Shown here: positions 26,421 through 38,231 of the stretch, one piece after another
Layout: every line of letters starts with the position of its first letter
How positions within the stretch are numbered: position 1 is the stretch's first letter
Assembly: GCA_028023455.1 (NCBI GenBank)
Contig: JAQFVV010000006.1
Span: 1,922,001 to 1,986,000, forward strand
Origin: Epiperipatus broadwayi
Lineage: Eukaryota > Animalia > Onychophora
Reading direction: 5' to 3'
DNA length: 64,000 nt
Notes under the pieces: generated by a model
Databases searched by the model: none
Told to the model about the DNA's origin: nothing
The model's input: the letters and a program-made list of their open reading frames with translations, nothing else
Translations under genes and position numbers: made by a program

Positions 26421-28094
26421 TTCAAAAATAGAATGTTATATTAGTGGACAATCCAGTAATACTTATCTAATGTTTTTTTTTAAAATTTATATTATCATAT
26501 TTTTTTCAATGTTAACTTTTGCATTTTATTTATATTCTGTAATACTTACTTTAGTTTAAGTATAAAATTTGATATGTATAATGAGGTGTGCCTCTGGATG
26601 TGTGCTATTAAATCGTAATGAGGAGAAAGTTATAGGGAGTTTAGTTTTGGTTAAAACATTGATAGTTTTAACTGATGGCATGTAAAATAGCGGTGTCTGC
26701 TCAGAGTTTGGCATTTTAGGCATTAATCATGCTATCTTTTCTACATCGTTTTAAGCATGTCTCTAACTTATATTATGGTTTACAATGGTTTGTAGCTGTT
26801 CTTTTGTCTGCTTCTACAATTGTAACATGAATTTTTTAAAAACATCTGAAGATGTCAGCAATATTTACATCTTTTTGCATGATTAATAGTTCCCTATTGT
26901 TATAATAAAGCTTTAAAGGACGTGGCTTAGAAATGAGAATTTCTGTTTGTCAGTGTTTTAATTCGGGGCTAAATTATTGAATTTTATAATAAATTTATAA
27001 AGAAAAAGTGTGGATTTTGATAATTTGTTTACAAATTAATAATTATAATGCAATCTTTTTTGCAAGACTTATTTTTGAACCAAACATTACATCACGAATA
27101 TATTTTTTTTAAAACACTTTACATTTAAAAAGATAACTCTTAGAAAGTTAATGATGGCAAACAGAAGCTACTTTTACTGGATGCAAAATAATTTATTAAC
27201 TTTGAGAAAATTTCCATTTTCTTTGACGATAACTAATCCTAAGCATATTCTTTTAATAATATAAAATTCAAATATCTAATATTCTAACTTTTTGAATATA
27301 TAAATTACATCCAATAACCACATGCTCCATTGTCGTAGGTAAGAACTTCATTTAAATATTTTCATATTTTAAAATGTTAATTTTTTTTAATTACAATCAC
27401 TTGGAAATTTAAATCTCTAACTTATTAAATAAAAATTATTTATGTAATATATAGAACAATATTTAATTGTAAAATATTGTAATATGGAGGAATGTTTCTA
27501 TCCAAAGCATGACGGGCAGAGAGTTTCTCTAAAAGAGTTAATAATGAAGATTTAGTTTAAGTAAATGTTAAATCAATCTTTATCCCCAAAAAGTTAATTT
27601 GTTTTTAAAAGAATATAAGAAAGATTTAACTTTAAATCTTTTAAGATTTAGTTGTTACAAAATTTATCTTTTTGCAGGTAAAAAAAATCATTTGAACAAT
27701 GTATTTAGAAATTAATGTGCACATATAAAAAGTGTTTGAAATTAGAGATTAGCATATACATGTGTTTGCTTTGAATGTAGCAGTCCTGTTGATGTAGGAA
27801 CCATTGCATTTGGATTCTATTTGTCTTCCCATGAGATATAATTTCCTGCTTAAGTTTGATTTTTATATAATCACTCATGGATGACTTTGATTTTCTCCAG
27901 GTTTAGAGATATTTCTTCTCATGAGTTTGAGTTTAATTTGTTACTGGGTTTTTAGAGGTCATTTATGTGGTGTACAATTGAATGCATGTTGTGTAAAGCT
28001 GCTTTTGCAATTGCCTCCATGTTGTGAATATTTAAATTTAATGTAATCATTTGTATTATTGCCTATTTTTTAAAGTAAAAGTGATATATATATG

Positions 28095-28491
28095 TTGATA
28101 CGAAGATTTTTATAGGTAAAGATATATTTTGCGAGTTCATCCATGTTAAAAAATTTAAACATTGATATATCGACGTTTCGACTTGATCACACAAGTCATC
28201 CACAGAGTGATAAAAGGTAAAAAGATGGTTGTAGAGGCATTACAATCACTGATTTGAAAAAAATGTTAAAGTTCCTCCTATTTGGAAAGATTTTTTTAAA
28301 AAACATTCTTAATTTAACATTTTTGCTATTGGTGGAACTTTAAGGTTTTTTTCAAATCAGTGATTGTAGCACCTCTACAATCATCTTTCTACCTTTTATC
28401 ATCCAGTAGATGACTTGTATGATCAAGTCAAAATGTTGGTATATCAATATTTAAATTTTTTAACACGGATAAACCTGCAAAATGTCTTATA
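28095..28491. mobile_element. Foldback element with HHR-like core; right arm interrupted by the 28492-30040 transposon and resuming at ~30043-30066
   Basis: 28100-28290 mirrors 28330-28490; left arm minus strand CTGTGGA T GACTTG tgtgat CAAGTC GAAA CGTCG. Confidence 0.7.
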
Positions 28492-30040
28492 CACCTGGAT
28501 CTCGTTTTATGCGATAAATAGGTTCCTCAGAAAACACGCGCAAAAGAAATCACGCAAAAATAGACGTAACTTACATTAAAAAAAGGGGGATACAGACTGT
28601 GATTTTTCAAAAATCACATAAAAGCAAAGCACCAACGTAAAATTACTTTAAAATTTGCGCAAAAAAAAATAAGGAAATAAAATATGACTAATAAAAAATT
28701 TAAAATTTGAAAAAAATTGATACAAGACAAACTTTTTTTAACTATAATATAAATGAATACTCAATTTTCCAGACACGAGATATAGTATTTTAGAAAGAAT
28801 GGAATGAATCCACCCATTCTTTCAGACCCAAACGTTTATGTATGGGCAAATCTTAAGTGTGTGGAAATAAGAGTGTGAGATGTTACACGATCACTTTAAA
28901 TTACATTTATTAAGTTTGAACGAATGACACTTTGCGAAATCTTTACAATTTATGAACCGTCATTCTTTAGTTGAAATTAAACATATATAATGAGATATTG
29001 TAAAGATTTTGCAAAGTGTCATTCGTTCAAACTTAATAAATGTAATTTAAAGTGATCGTGTAACATCTCACACTCTTATTTCCACACACTTAAGATTTGC
29101 CCATACATAAACGTTTGGGTCTGAAAGAATGGGTGGATTCATTCCATTCTTTCTAAAATACTATATCTCGTGTCTGGAAAATTGAGTATTCATTTATATA
29201 ATCTCTTTAAAGCGCATGTGCATTGGCTTAATCGCTAATACTATTACATAAATAAACATTCGCGCTATATAAAATAATATCTCATTAACTATAATATTTA
29301 ATTTTATTCAAAACAATATATTTTTCTGCATAATTTACAGTACAGTTATTGACATTTTTTTATACACGTTTTAATTATTATTGCTACTTGCTGATAAACA
29401 GGTTCGTTTGCAAACTGGTAAAAAATCAGATTCTTCACAAGAGGAAATACAACTAGCGCCAACTTCACTCTCATGTTGTGTTAATGGTTTTCTGGTGACA
29501 ACGTAATTAGTAATTAATCTTTGAGATGATGACTTTATGGTTTATGAAGCTCACAATATCCAGACATACAACCATTTAGCTCTCATTGAAATTTAAGAGC
29601 ACGTTCGTAATTAGTGTCATTAATAAGAAAATAATTAAAAATAAACTTGCAGATACCAAATGATTAATAATTGATTACATTCTTTTCTAAAAAGCAAAAA
29701 CAGAATGTGATTTAAAATGCAAAATTAACACGCACAATGTTTGAACAAATTTACATTATAATCTTGTAAAATTTAATGTGGGTATACATAAAATGTGGAA
29801 ATCATGATTTTAATTTTATTATTGCATAAAATCTTACTCTTATAAAGCACTGAAAATATTGAAATTACTAAGATGAAAGTCGAATTCCTATAATGTGCTA
29901 TTACTTTCAATATGACGTAAGTGCACAAAATTTATTATTTAAAGTAATAGCACATCATCGGAGTTCGACTTCTGAAGAAACATGAATCGTGTAACTTAAA
30001 AATCGCATTAAAAAAGTCCGTGTAAAATGAGACCCAGGTG
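28492..30040. mobile_element. Non-autonomous Tc1/mariner (Tigger/pogo-like) element, 1549 bp, TA target-site duplication
   Basis: TA|CACCTGGATCTCGTTTTATGCG ... CGTGTAAAATGAGACCCAGGTG|TA (imperfect ~22-bp TIR); no transposase ORF. Confidence 0.75.
28747..29199. mobile_element. Very young foldback element with 203-bp arms and 47-bp spacer, nested in the Tigger-like element
   Basis: 28747-28949 is the reverse complement of 28997-29199; only one mismatch found by eye. Confidence 0.9.
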
Positions 30041-30284
30041 TATATATATGCACATCTTGGTGTATCTAACATATAACTAGTAGAATCTGATAAACCATAT
30101 GGTAATTAAGTTATAAGTTTCAGAGTTGATACAGAATTAAATAATATTGTGTTATTAATATTCAAAAGGCTAGCTGATGTCAATAATTGAAATATATGCC
30201 AATATATATAAGTTCACCATCAAAACATCACACGAACACTATTTCATATGCTTACACATGCTGTTAATAAGAATATGAAACTTT

Positions 30285-30520
30285 ATATAGTAGTGCTACC
30301 AAATGCAAGCCTTCATAATCAGTGGATGCATGAAGGTTTGTGCATAGAATCCCTATCTAGTGCCTACTCATCCAATATCCCCAGACTAGTTTCTAGCTTG
30401 TGGCTTTCATCAGTGAGGAGCCTTTGATTTGGGAGCACTGCACCCAGATCTTAGGATCTAAAGCAATCCTCTAGCAACCACCTTTTACCTATTTGATTAA
30501 CTATAAAGCTAGGGGCCAAT
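30285..30520 (-). mobile_element. Family A single arm
   Basis: High similarity to 50660-50870, including the spacer sequence in the opposite orientation. Confidence 0.8.
30378..30419 (-). ncRNA. Type I hammerhead motif of family A (best-preserved copy)
   Basis: TCCTCA CTGATGA AAGC cacaa GCTA GAAA CTAG TC TGGGGA: helix I 6 bp, helix II AGC/GCT with an A.A closing pair, palindromic ACTAGT helix III, GUC cleavage triplet. Confidence 0.7.
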
Positions 30521-31074
30521 CCGTGTTTTTAACCTTTGTTAATACTCCAAGCTAACTGGTAGGAATGCATTGATAGTTGTAATATTGTGCCATCTGCAAC
30601 ACAGATGCAGAAGGTGTAGTACTTTTATGGGTGTTAACTTACCCTTTTACCTTTATTTATTAAATAGTCACAATTCATTGGAAATTGTATAGCATTTATA
30701 TTGTTTCTATTCCTTCTCTTTTCTTCTATGCCAATGCAACTTTTATTTTTTGTTTTAAATATTTTATTCTTTAAAAAAGAATGTTAAACCAAGGGGGAGG
30801 GGATACAGTGTGCTTTTATTATAATTTAAAATAAGTAGGAATAAAACCTATGAAATAAATCAATGAAATCTCATTTCAATTCACTTTTTAGATGTATTGA
30901 TTTATCAAAAAAAAAAAAAAAAAAGAAGACATTAGTGAAGCAAAAAACAACGAAATAAAATGTGTTATAGCTCTAGAAAACTGTGAAGCAAACCAAGTCT
31001 AAAGTTAATCAATATACATGATATAAAAACATTTTAATAGAATTTATAATATATTTATTTTAGATGTAATAGTA

Positions 31075-31440
31075 GAGGATTTGAACCCAGACTTTCAAGT
31101 TTGTTTCAGCTGTCCAATCTACTCATACAACCGATACACATGACCACACATGTGAAAAAGATAAATGATCTCCAATAGATGTATTTCATGCTGAAACAGA
31201 ACCCATCTGTTGGTCCAGATCATTACCTCCCACACACATATATAATCAGTCCCTGTTTTATATTAAAATAATAAATCTTCAAACTTTAACGAATATGCTT
31301 CAATTTGCTCTACTCTTCAACCATCCATACCATTGAAAATCTGATGATGGAATGCCCAAATCCTTTGTTGATACCAATATTATTGTCATGTCCATGTTGA
31401 CTTTAAGTCACTCTGACCCCTCATGCATACTTTTAATGTG
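31075..31440 (-). mobile_element. Divergent copy of HHR repeat family C
   Basis: Shares aaaagataaat.atc.ccaata...tatttcatgct.aa.cag..cc.atc.gttggtccagat and ttgaaaatctgatgatggaatgc with 60.6-60.9k; core decayed (CAGATGG). Confidence 0.7.
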
Positions 31441-33439
31441 TTTGTATCATACTTATGATTATCAATGTTACAACAAATCCATCATTAAATAACCATTTTA
31501 AAGACTTATTTGTTTATTTATTTGAACGCTGTTGGCTCTCTGATTTATATTACTTTCATGTTATGTAATTAAGCAGCCTTTTTCTTTTCTTTTGAAACTA
31601 CTTCAACAATAGGCATATCGAAGGCATGTCCATAATCTTTTTCACAGTTATAATATAGTGACACATTTGTAGAGTTTTAACTTTTCTGTAAGCAAGCAAA
31701 TTCTGTTTTATTGCCAATCTTAAATTTGCCTGTTTCCTCATTATATATATATATATGTCATGCTACCCCAACCAGTGATGCTTAAAATAAATTAATAGAA
31801 TGTCCAGCAATCTGTTAGCTATACCCCACAAACCTTATATTTGTCTGTGTGTGTGTTTTCTGCTATATTATGAATGCAAGCAAAGTTAAATATGGAATTA
31901 TGTAATGATGTTTTGTGATAGAAAAAGAAAACATTTACCTGCCATGATTACAGTGTAGATTCAATGTTGAGCCATGTAAATTTGAAAACTTATTCAACAG
32001 GCTTGGGATTTTTCTTTCAGGTAACTGACCATAAATATTCAATACTGGTCAGGAAATGGGTATCTAACATTTTTTTCTAATTAGAGGGTAAATGTGAATG
32101 GACAGTTCTTCCAACCTTCTCTCAATGATTAGAAAGCCTGATTCATATTACTTTTTTTACTATTTCTTACTTCTTTTAAGATCTGTTTATATCATTTCTT
32201 GATGTGTTGTTCTATTGTATATGTATATCTAGTACAAAAATTTAACTCATAAAATGAATCAATATAATTCTGCCTTGGCTGGTTATTGAAATTAGACAAT
32301 TTATAGAATAAATATATTGATGAATATTCACACTTTAACATCAAGTCATTCTGATTATTATTAGTAGTATAAGACTAATAGTTTTTGTATTTATGTGTAT
32401 TACTGCTGATGCTCTAAAGTAAAATCATCTTATTTGGCCAAGTTATTCATATTGTATGACAACATGATAATAAATGTTATATGCATTGCGTTTGGAGATT
32501 TTTTATCTTCTATTTTATTTAATTATTATTACATGTGTTAATCTGTTAACATCATTTTAATTATAATTTTATGAAGAATATAATGAGCATGTTAAGGAAA
32601 ATATGTATTTTAGCATATCAAAATTTAGTCAGTCTAATTTTATATTTGCTAATATTTTAATTAATTCAGACTGTTTTTCTATATTTTAAAGAAGTAGCTT
32701 TTCAAGCACTGTAAAATTAAATTAAATAGCACTTCCAAATAATATATCAAACATTTCCCCTCCAAACTACTGGTAAAAGGCTGCTGTTTTATGGTTGTGA
32801 ACTGCACTTTTGAACAATTTAACTATCATCTTATTTTAATCCATGTCCACATATATTTTTATACCCAGTTGCACTTTAACTATAATTGAAATATCTAATA
32901 CAAATGGACTTGACATTTTTTGTGACACGGATATTTTTAGTTCCAGTGAGCAGGTGCAGTAGTAGAGTGGTAGTCTAGAACTGAAAGGTCAATGGATCAC
33001 AGCAGATATCGTCAATTCTAGTGGGCAATCTTTTTATGAACACCCTAGCTGTAACCACTTTATTTATTTTTTTGTTTAAAGTTACATACATGATTCCTGA
33101 AGTTATTTTTACAGAAGTGAACATTACTTTTCTTATCAATGCAAAAAGATGAATTATCAATTGTAACTTTAATATAAATACATATGAATAATAAGAAAAG
33201 AGATTGTTTTTACTTTAATAATATTGATTTTTAAAATGTTATGATTTTTTTGCAAGAACTTATTTTATTTTTATCTCTCCTTTGTGTCTAACAAATTAAA
33301 TAAATATAAAACATATCTTAATACACACACACAAATATATATGATATGTATTGTTTGGTATTGTGATATGGTAGGTTCTGGAATTAAAGACCCATGTATC
33401 TTGTACATGGTTGGATTCAAGGTACTTTTGCTTGGATTA

Positions 33440-34105
33440 TTGGTCTTGTTGAATGAATACACGATTTTGACCGGCACAGTACTAACACATAATGCATCAT
33501 TACCATATGTTAACCCTGCTACTGCATTTGTTTTGTTTTCCATATAATTCTAGCTACATCATATTTATTATATGAAAACCATCTTAATTTCTTTATCAAT
33601 CCCTTTCTTTTCTTTGCTTCATTTATCAATTTTTTTTCCCATTCATCCAAATAATTTTTCTGATTACTTAAAATAATTCCCAAATAACTATATCTATTCA
33701 CCACACTTAACTTAATATCTCCCAATAAAAATTCTACATCTTCTTTTTCCCCAGTATTAACCATCATTATATTTTATTTTTCTTCACTAAATTTAATTCC
33801 CATCTCTTTACTCACCCTTGCACATGTCCTTAGCACAACTCCATATCTTCTCTTTTTTCTGCACACAAAAATATATCATCCGCAAAAAAAAAAAAGACCT
33901 GACAAAATATATACTCCCTTACTACCTATTAATGGTATCTCTATTCCTCTTCCTAATCTTTCTATTGCTCTCTTCATTTCACTCAAATATAACACAAACA
34001 AAAGAGGTGACATAGGGCAATCTTGCCTTAGTCCCACCCTATTTTTAACTTTAACTGATTCTATATTCCCTAATTGATATGTATGTATATACAAACTATT
34101 CATTC
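33440..34105 (-). pseudogene. Non-LTR retrotransposon reverse-transcriptase fragment (frameshifted)
   Basis: GLRQDCPMSPLLFVLYL, then F-ADDIFLC after a frameshift at the poly-T, YSYLGI, ...IIWK / AVAGLTYGNDALC in consecutive ORF-track pieces. Confidence 0.9.
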
Positions 34106-34109
34106 AGTA

Positions 34110-34255
34110 GTTCCATCTAGTTCAAGCCACAGAAATCAATGGGTGTAAGGTTTATGCATAAATCCCTATCTACTGCCTACTCATCCAATATTCCCAGAGT
34201 AGTTTCTAATTTGGGGCTTTCATCAGTGAGGAGCCTTGGATCTGAGCACTGCTCA
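34110..34255 (-). mobile_element. Family A arm with decayed HHR (34191-34232)
   Basis: ccaatattcccagagtagtttctaatttggggctttcatcagtgaggagcc. Confidence 0.75.
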
Positions 34256-34729
34256 GTTTGATGTTTAGTGGTTTAATACCATCTGCTTGTTCCATTGTTT
34301 TTAATCCCTTTATTTAAATTATTTATTTATAATCTATATATTTCAAATAACATCATCTATATGAATTAGAAACATTTTGGTCATAAAAAGGATAACTATG
34401 GGCTGCTAAGAAGTGGGCAAGTGACAAAAGATTGGAACCACTGTTCTAGAGTGTCCGAATAGAAATATTGGAGCAGAGGAGGAAAGGTATGTACAGTTTT
34501 GTGACTATTCTCTCTGTTAGTAATCGGAAATTAGATGAATTAGTTAAGTCGCAGTAATTTTGAAACGTCTACATTGATTCCATTCTTCAATGCATTTGGC
34601 TTTGAAATGGATGAATACAAGTTGTTGTTTTTTTAACAGAGTTATATTTCTGTGAATATTAATTTTTTTTTCCAGCTACAATATGATAACTGATTCCATT
34701 AAAACTTCATTTATTTTAATAAAATATGT

Positions 34730-35290
34730 GAATAATACGCCCTCCCCCTGCGCACCCACACAATAATACGATAACCGATTCTATTAAAAGTTATTTTGCT
34801 AAAATAGTTTTTATTTTCTCTTAGCTTTTGAGTCTTTAAAATTACAGATATGAGTTCTCATTTTTTAAAATGACATTTTTTTTCTTTTCATTTTTTTTTT
34901 AACACTTTTTATTATTATTTTCTGCTAATTAAAAACTTGTAGAATTTGTAGTTAATTTGGTACCGCCTGCGATGATTTTCAAATCTGCTCAGGAAAATAA
35001 GTTGAGTTCATTATTGAAGTAATCCAAATATTAAATTATTAATTTTTCCTTTTAGAAATATTTTATTTGATGTGTATTTTTTTCTATAGAAAATTACTGG
35101 GAGGGGGGAGGGAGTAGCGCCCGAGGAAATTTTTCTCCACGTTTTTTTTCACTCGTTTTCTCTTTTTGCGTTTGTAAAGTTTAATCGATTAAAAGATTTG
35201 AGCTGCTCTAGTGTTTAGCGACAGGATTTGGAACTGTCGTTAAAAATGTGATCTGTCATAACCTGTTTGCTGAGATGAGAATGGAATAGA
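34730..35290. promoter_or_regulatory. CpG-enriched, promoter/5'UTR-like segment
   Basis: Local CpG and GC excess with GC-box-like runs (cgccctccccctgcgc, gaggggggagggag) in an AT-rich background; no linked exon proven. Confidence 0.3.
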
Positions 35291-35467
35291 GAAAAAACAA
35301 AACATTTTTTTTACATGGGATTATTTGTTAAGTGATCAAGTTTTCGTTTGCACAAATATAACATCTGTAAACTCATATTAATTTATTAAAGTAACAATTT
35401 ATGTGTTCCTATTAGATAAAAATTAAAAATAACATTCAATTTAAAGATTGCGATTATAGCATTTTAG

Positions 35468-36027
35468 GTGTAAATATGTATTGGATTATTTTCCTCGTCT
35501 AACATTAAATGTCGAATGTTTTTAGAAACATTTAAATTTTCCAATTGCGTTCAACGGTTTAGCAATGGTACACAGATTAGCATATAACACGTTTTGAGTG
35601 GTTCTATTCTCCACCCTTCTGCGGTTGTCGCTGACACAATAGGTCAGTAGATTAGAATGTTGTCTTAAAATTCAATATTCAAAAATCTAAAGATCCAGGT
35701 TCGATTTCTATGCTACTACTTTCACTGATCAGGCCAGCAATTACTGAAGAAGAGAAAAGAATACCACTCGAAATGTGTTATATGCTAAAATATATATTAT
35801 TGTTATTCAATATTCAAGAATCTAACGATCCAGGTTCGATTCCCATGCTACTACTGTCACTGGTCAGACCAGCAATACCTGAAGAAGTGAGAATAATAAT
35901 ACCACCCAAAACGTGTCATATACTAAAATATGTGCTATTACCAGGAGTTGAATGTAAATATCAAATTTTTCTTAAGATAATCAATAGGTAATGTTAGATT
36001 CTGGAAATAGTACTACATATAATTACA
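35468..36027 (+). mobile_element. Family B foldback: tRNA-like head, two tandem B-box+HHR units (period ~135 bp) and an antisense HHR in the left arm
   Basis: B boxes GGTTCGATTTC (35698) and GGTTCGATTCC (35833); CTGAAGA...GAAA/AAAA at 35744-35786 and 35879-35924; left arm 35581-35630 is their reverse complement; outer arms homologous to 8817-8920 / 9110-9213. Confidence 0.8.
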
Positions 36028-37349
36028 AGATTTAATAGGGCTTTTCAAATTTTGAGCTACATACAGACAGTCCTCTACTTATAGGGACATGTGAAAATCT
36101 GCTAAATAAATAAATTCTGGCATATACAAAAAGCAAAAAATGTATTAATTAATTCTTGTTAGTCTCAGCTATGGTTATTTCTTGTTGTTCACTGTAGTAC
36201 TTATTTTCATTTGTTAAAAGTATATATTTTTTATATTCTAAACTTACATAATATCATTTTATTGATAGTTGGGAGTTCATAAAAAGAGTCAGCATCAAAT
36301 TATCTGTGATGTATAGACCTTGGGCTCATGAGTCCATAACACTACCACTGCATCAAGCAACCAATCAGTGTCTGAATAAGAGGTCAGTTTAACAGAAAAA
36401 TTTGATTTGATTATTTAGGTAGCACGAGTGCTTTGCTTACTTACAAAGAGGATTGCCTTTAACGACAAAGCAATCACACAGGAAGAAAACAAAACCAGAT
36501 AAAGAATTTTGTTGTTTGCATATTTGCCAATTTTAAAGTATATATGTATATATCACTATTTTTTGAAGGTTTTTTAAATGCTTATATGGTATCAAAGCAA
36601 GATTTAAAAAAAATTTGGGAGTATTTAAAAAAATTGGATGTATCACTATAGTAACAATTATTCGGCCATCTAAAAGATGTATGAAAGTGGATAGAAATCG
36701 GTCCCTGTTTGACAAGAAAGTGGTGTAATGAGGAAAGATGAAGCTGCCAATGGAGTTGCACATGTTTAATTCCTTTAGCTCATCAACTATTGAAGATTAT
36801 TCACAAAATGTGTATACAAGTGAGATAGGGTAACCTCAGTATTATGTCAGTGGATAATTGGGACATAGTGGAATGTGGGGGCGATGGTGCGCTGATAAAA
36901 ATTTCAAAAGCTTTGGAAATGTTTTTACAAGGCAACAATTATTCACCCTTCTTCATGATGCTAAAAGTTGATAGAAATTGATTCTCTTTTTATGATAGAA
37001 TGGTATAATGGAAAATTATTGACTTCTCAACATAGATATGGGGACTATAGATACTAAATACCTCTAGCTTACTTGAGCAATGATCATTTGTGAAATGCAA
37101 GTATAGTAAGATAAAGATTTTTAAAAAAATTGGAAAAAAAAAGTGTCCTATATGACTAAATGTTAACACTTGATATTAACAAACATCACATGACCTTGTC
37201 CGCATGTTTATGATTTTAGGAGCAGTAATATAATGGTTTCTCTATGCCAGAGCCATCTATTGCAAGCTTGAATAATCAATAAACCCTAAGTGGCAATATT
37301 TTAGATTTCATTCTAAGGCTAGATGTATAAATGTAAGTAGTTTACAACT

Positions 37350-37390
37350 TCTCACTGATAATGTTCCTAAACCAGAAATAAGTTTGGGTA
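37350..37390 (+). ncRNA. Decayed HHR-like motif
   Basis: CTCA CTGATAA TG-TT ccta AACCA GAAA TAAG TT TGGG; layout parallels family A. Confidence 0.4.
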
Positions 37391-38146
37391 TATAGATTAT
37401 ATAGCATGGCCATCCAATCTTTTTTGATTACTCTGTGTATACTGGATGACTATTGGGTATAGTAGAGTGAATCATAGTTTCTAAAAGCATATAATAAATC
37501 TTGATCATTGCGAGCATACTTTTGTGTAAATATTTTTTGAGATATGTGAGAAACGACAAAGTGCATCTTTCCTTATCCAAAAATTATTTCAATTTTTGAT
37601 ATAATTATAGAAATAATTTATATTCTATTGCATACTTTGTGGAACTTTATCAGAATTTATTTTTGTAAACTTGAAATAATAAGGCAACTTAAAGCACTCC
37701 CCAAGATTTTATTGCTTTCAATATGTAAGATCATTTTGATAGAATAATGAATAAATCAACTATTGATTTGATCTTGAAGTGAAGCAAATGCATAACAAAA
37801 GTGCTCTAAAATATGTTTTTACAACAGTCTTCTATCCATTATTCATGATCACAATGGCCAGAAATCATGGAAATACATGTTTAACCATTTTCCCTATAAG
37901 TCTTTATTTAATACACATGTTTTAAACAGAATACAACATATATAAAATTTATTTTATATAAAAGAAAAAGCATGTTGAGAGGGAATACTTGTTAAATCCT
38001 TTTTTTTTTACTTGTTTTGACGATCCCAAGTCTCTGTTTAACACAATCCCAAACATTAAATCTACAGCTATTTTTTCTGCAAGATCCTTTATAAATAGCA
38101 TTGAAATATTTTTCAAAAAATCAGTGAGAGGAGGCAGAGAACACAA

Positions 38147-38231
38147 GCATGCAGTGGCCTTGCAAGCAGTCGCTTGCAGACAGTTGTTGCAGGTTCATTT
38201 CCCAGCCGATGCTTTGACATATGGAAAAAAA
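38147..38231 (+). mobile_element. Degenerate tRNA-Gly SINE
   Basis: ...cagttgttgcaggttcatttcccagccgatgc tttgacatatggaaaaaaa tail diagnostic of the family. Confidence 0.6.

Noticed and set aside
29085-29165. CTGA plus strong hairpin in the young foldback as an HHR
   Set aside because: Neither the CUGANGA core nor GAAA can be placed.
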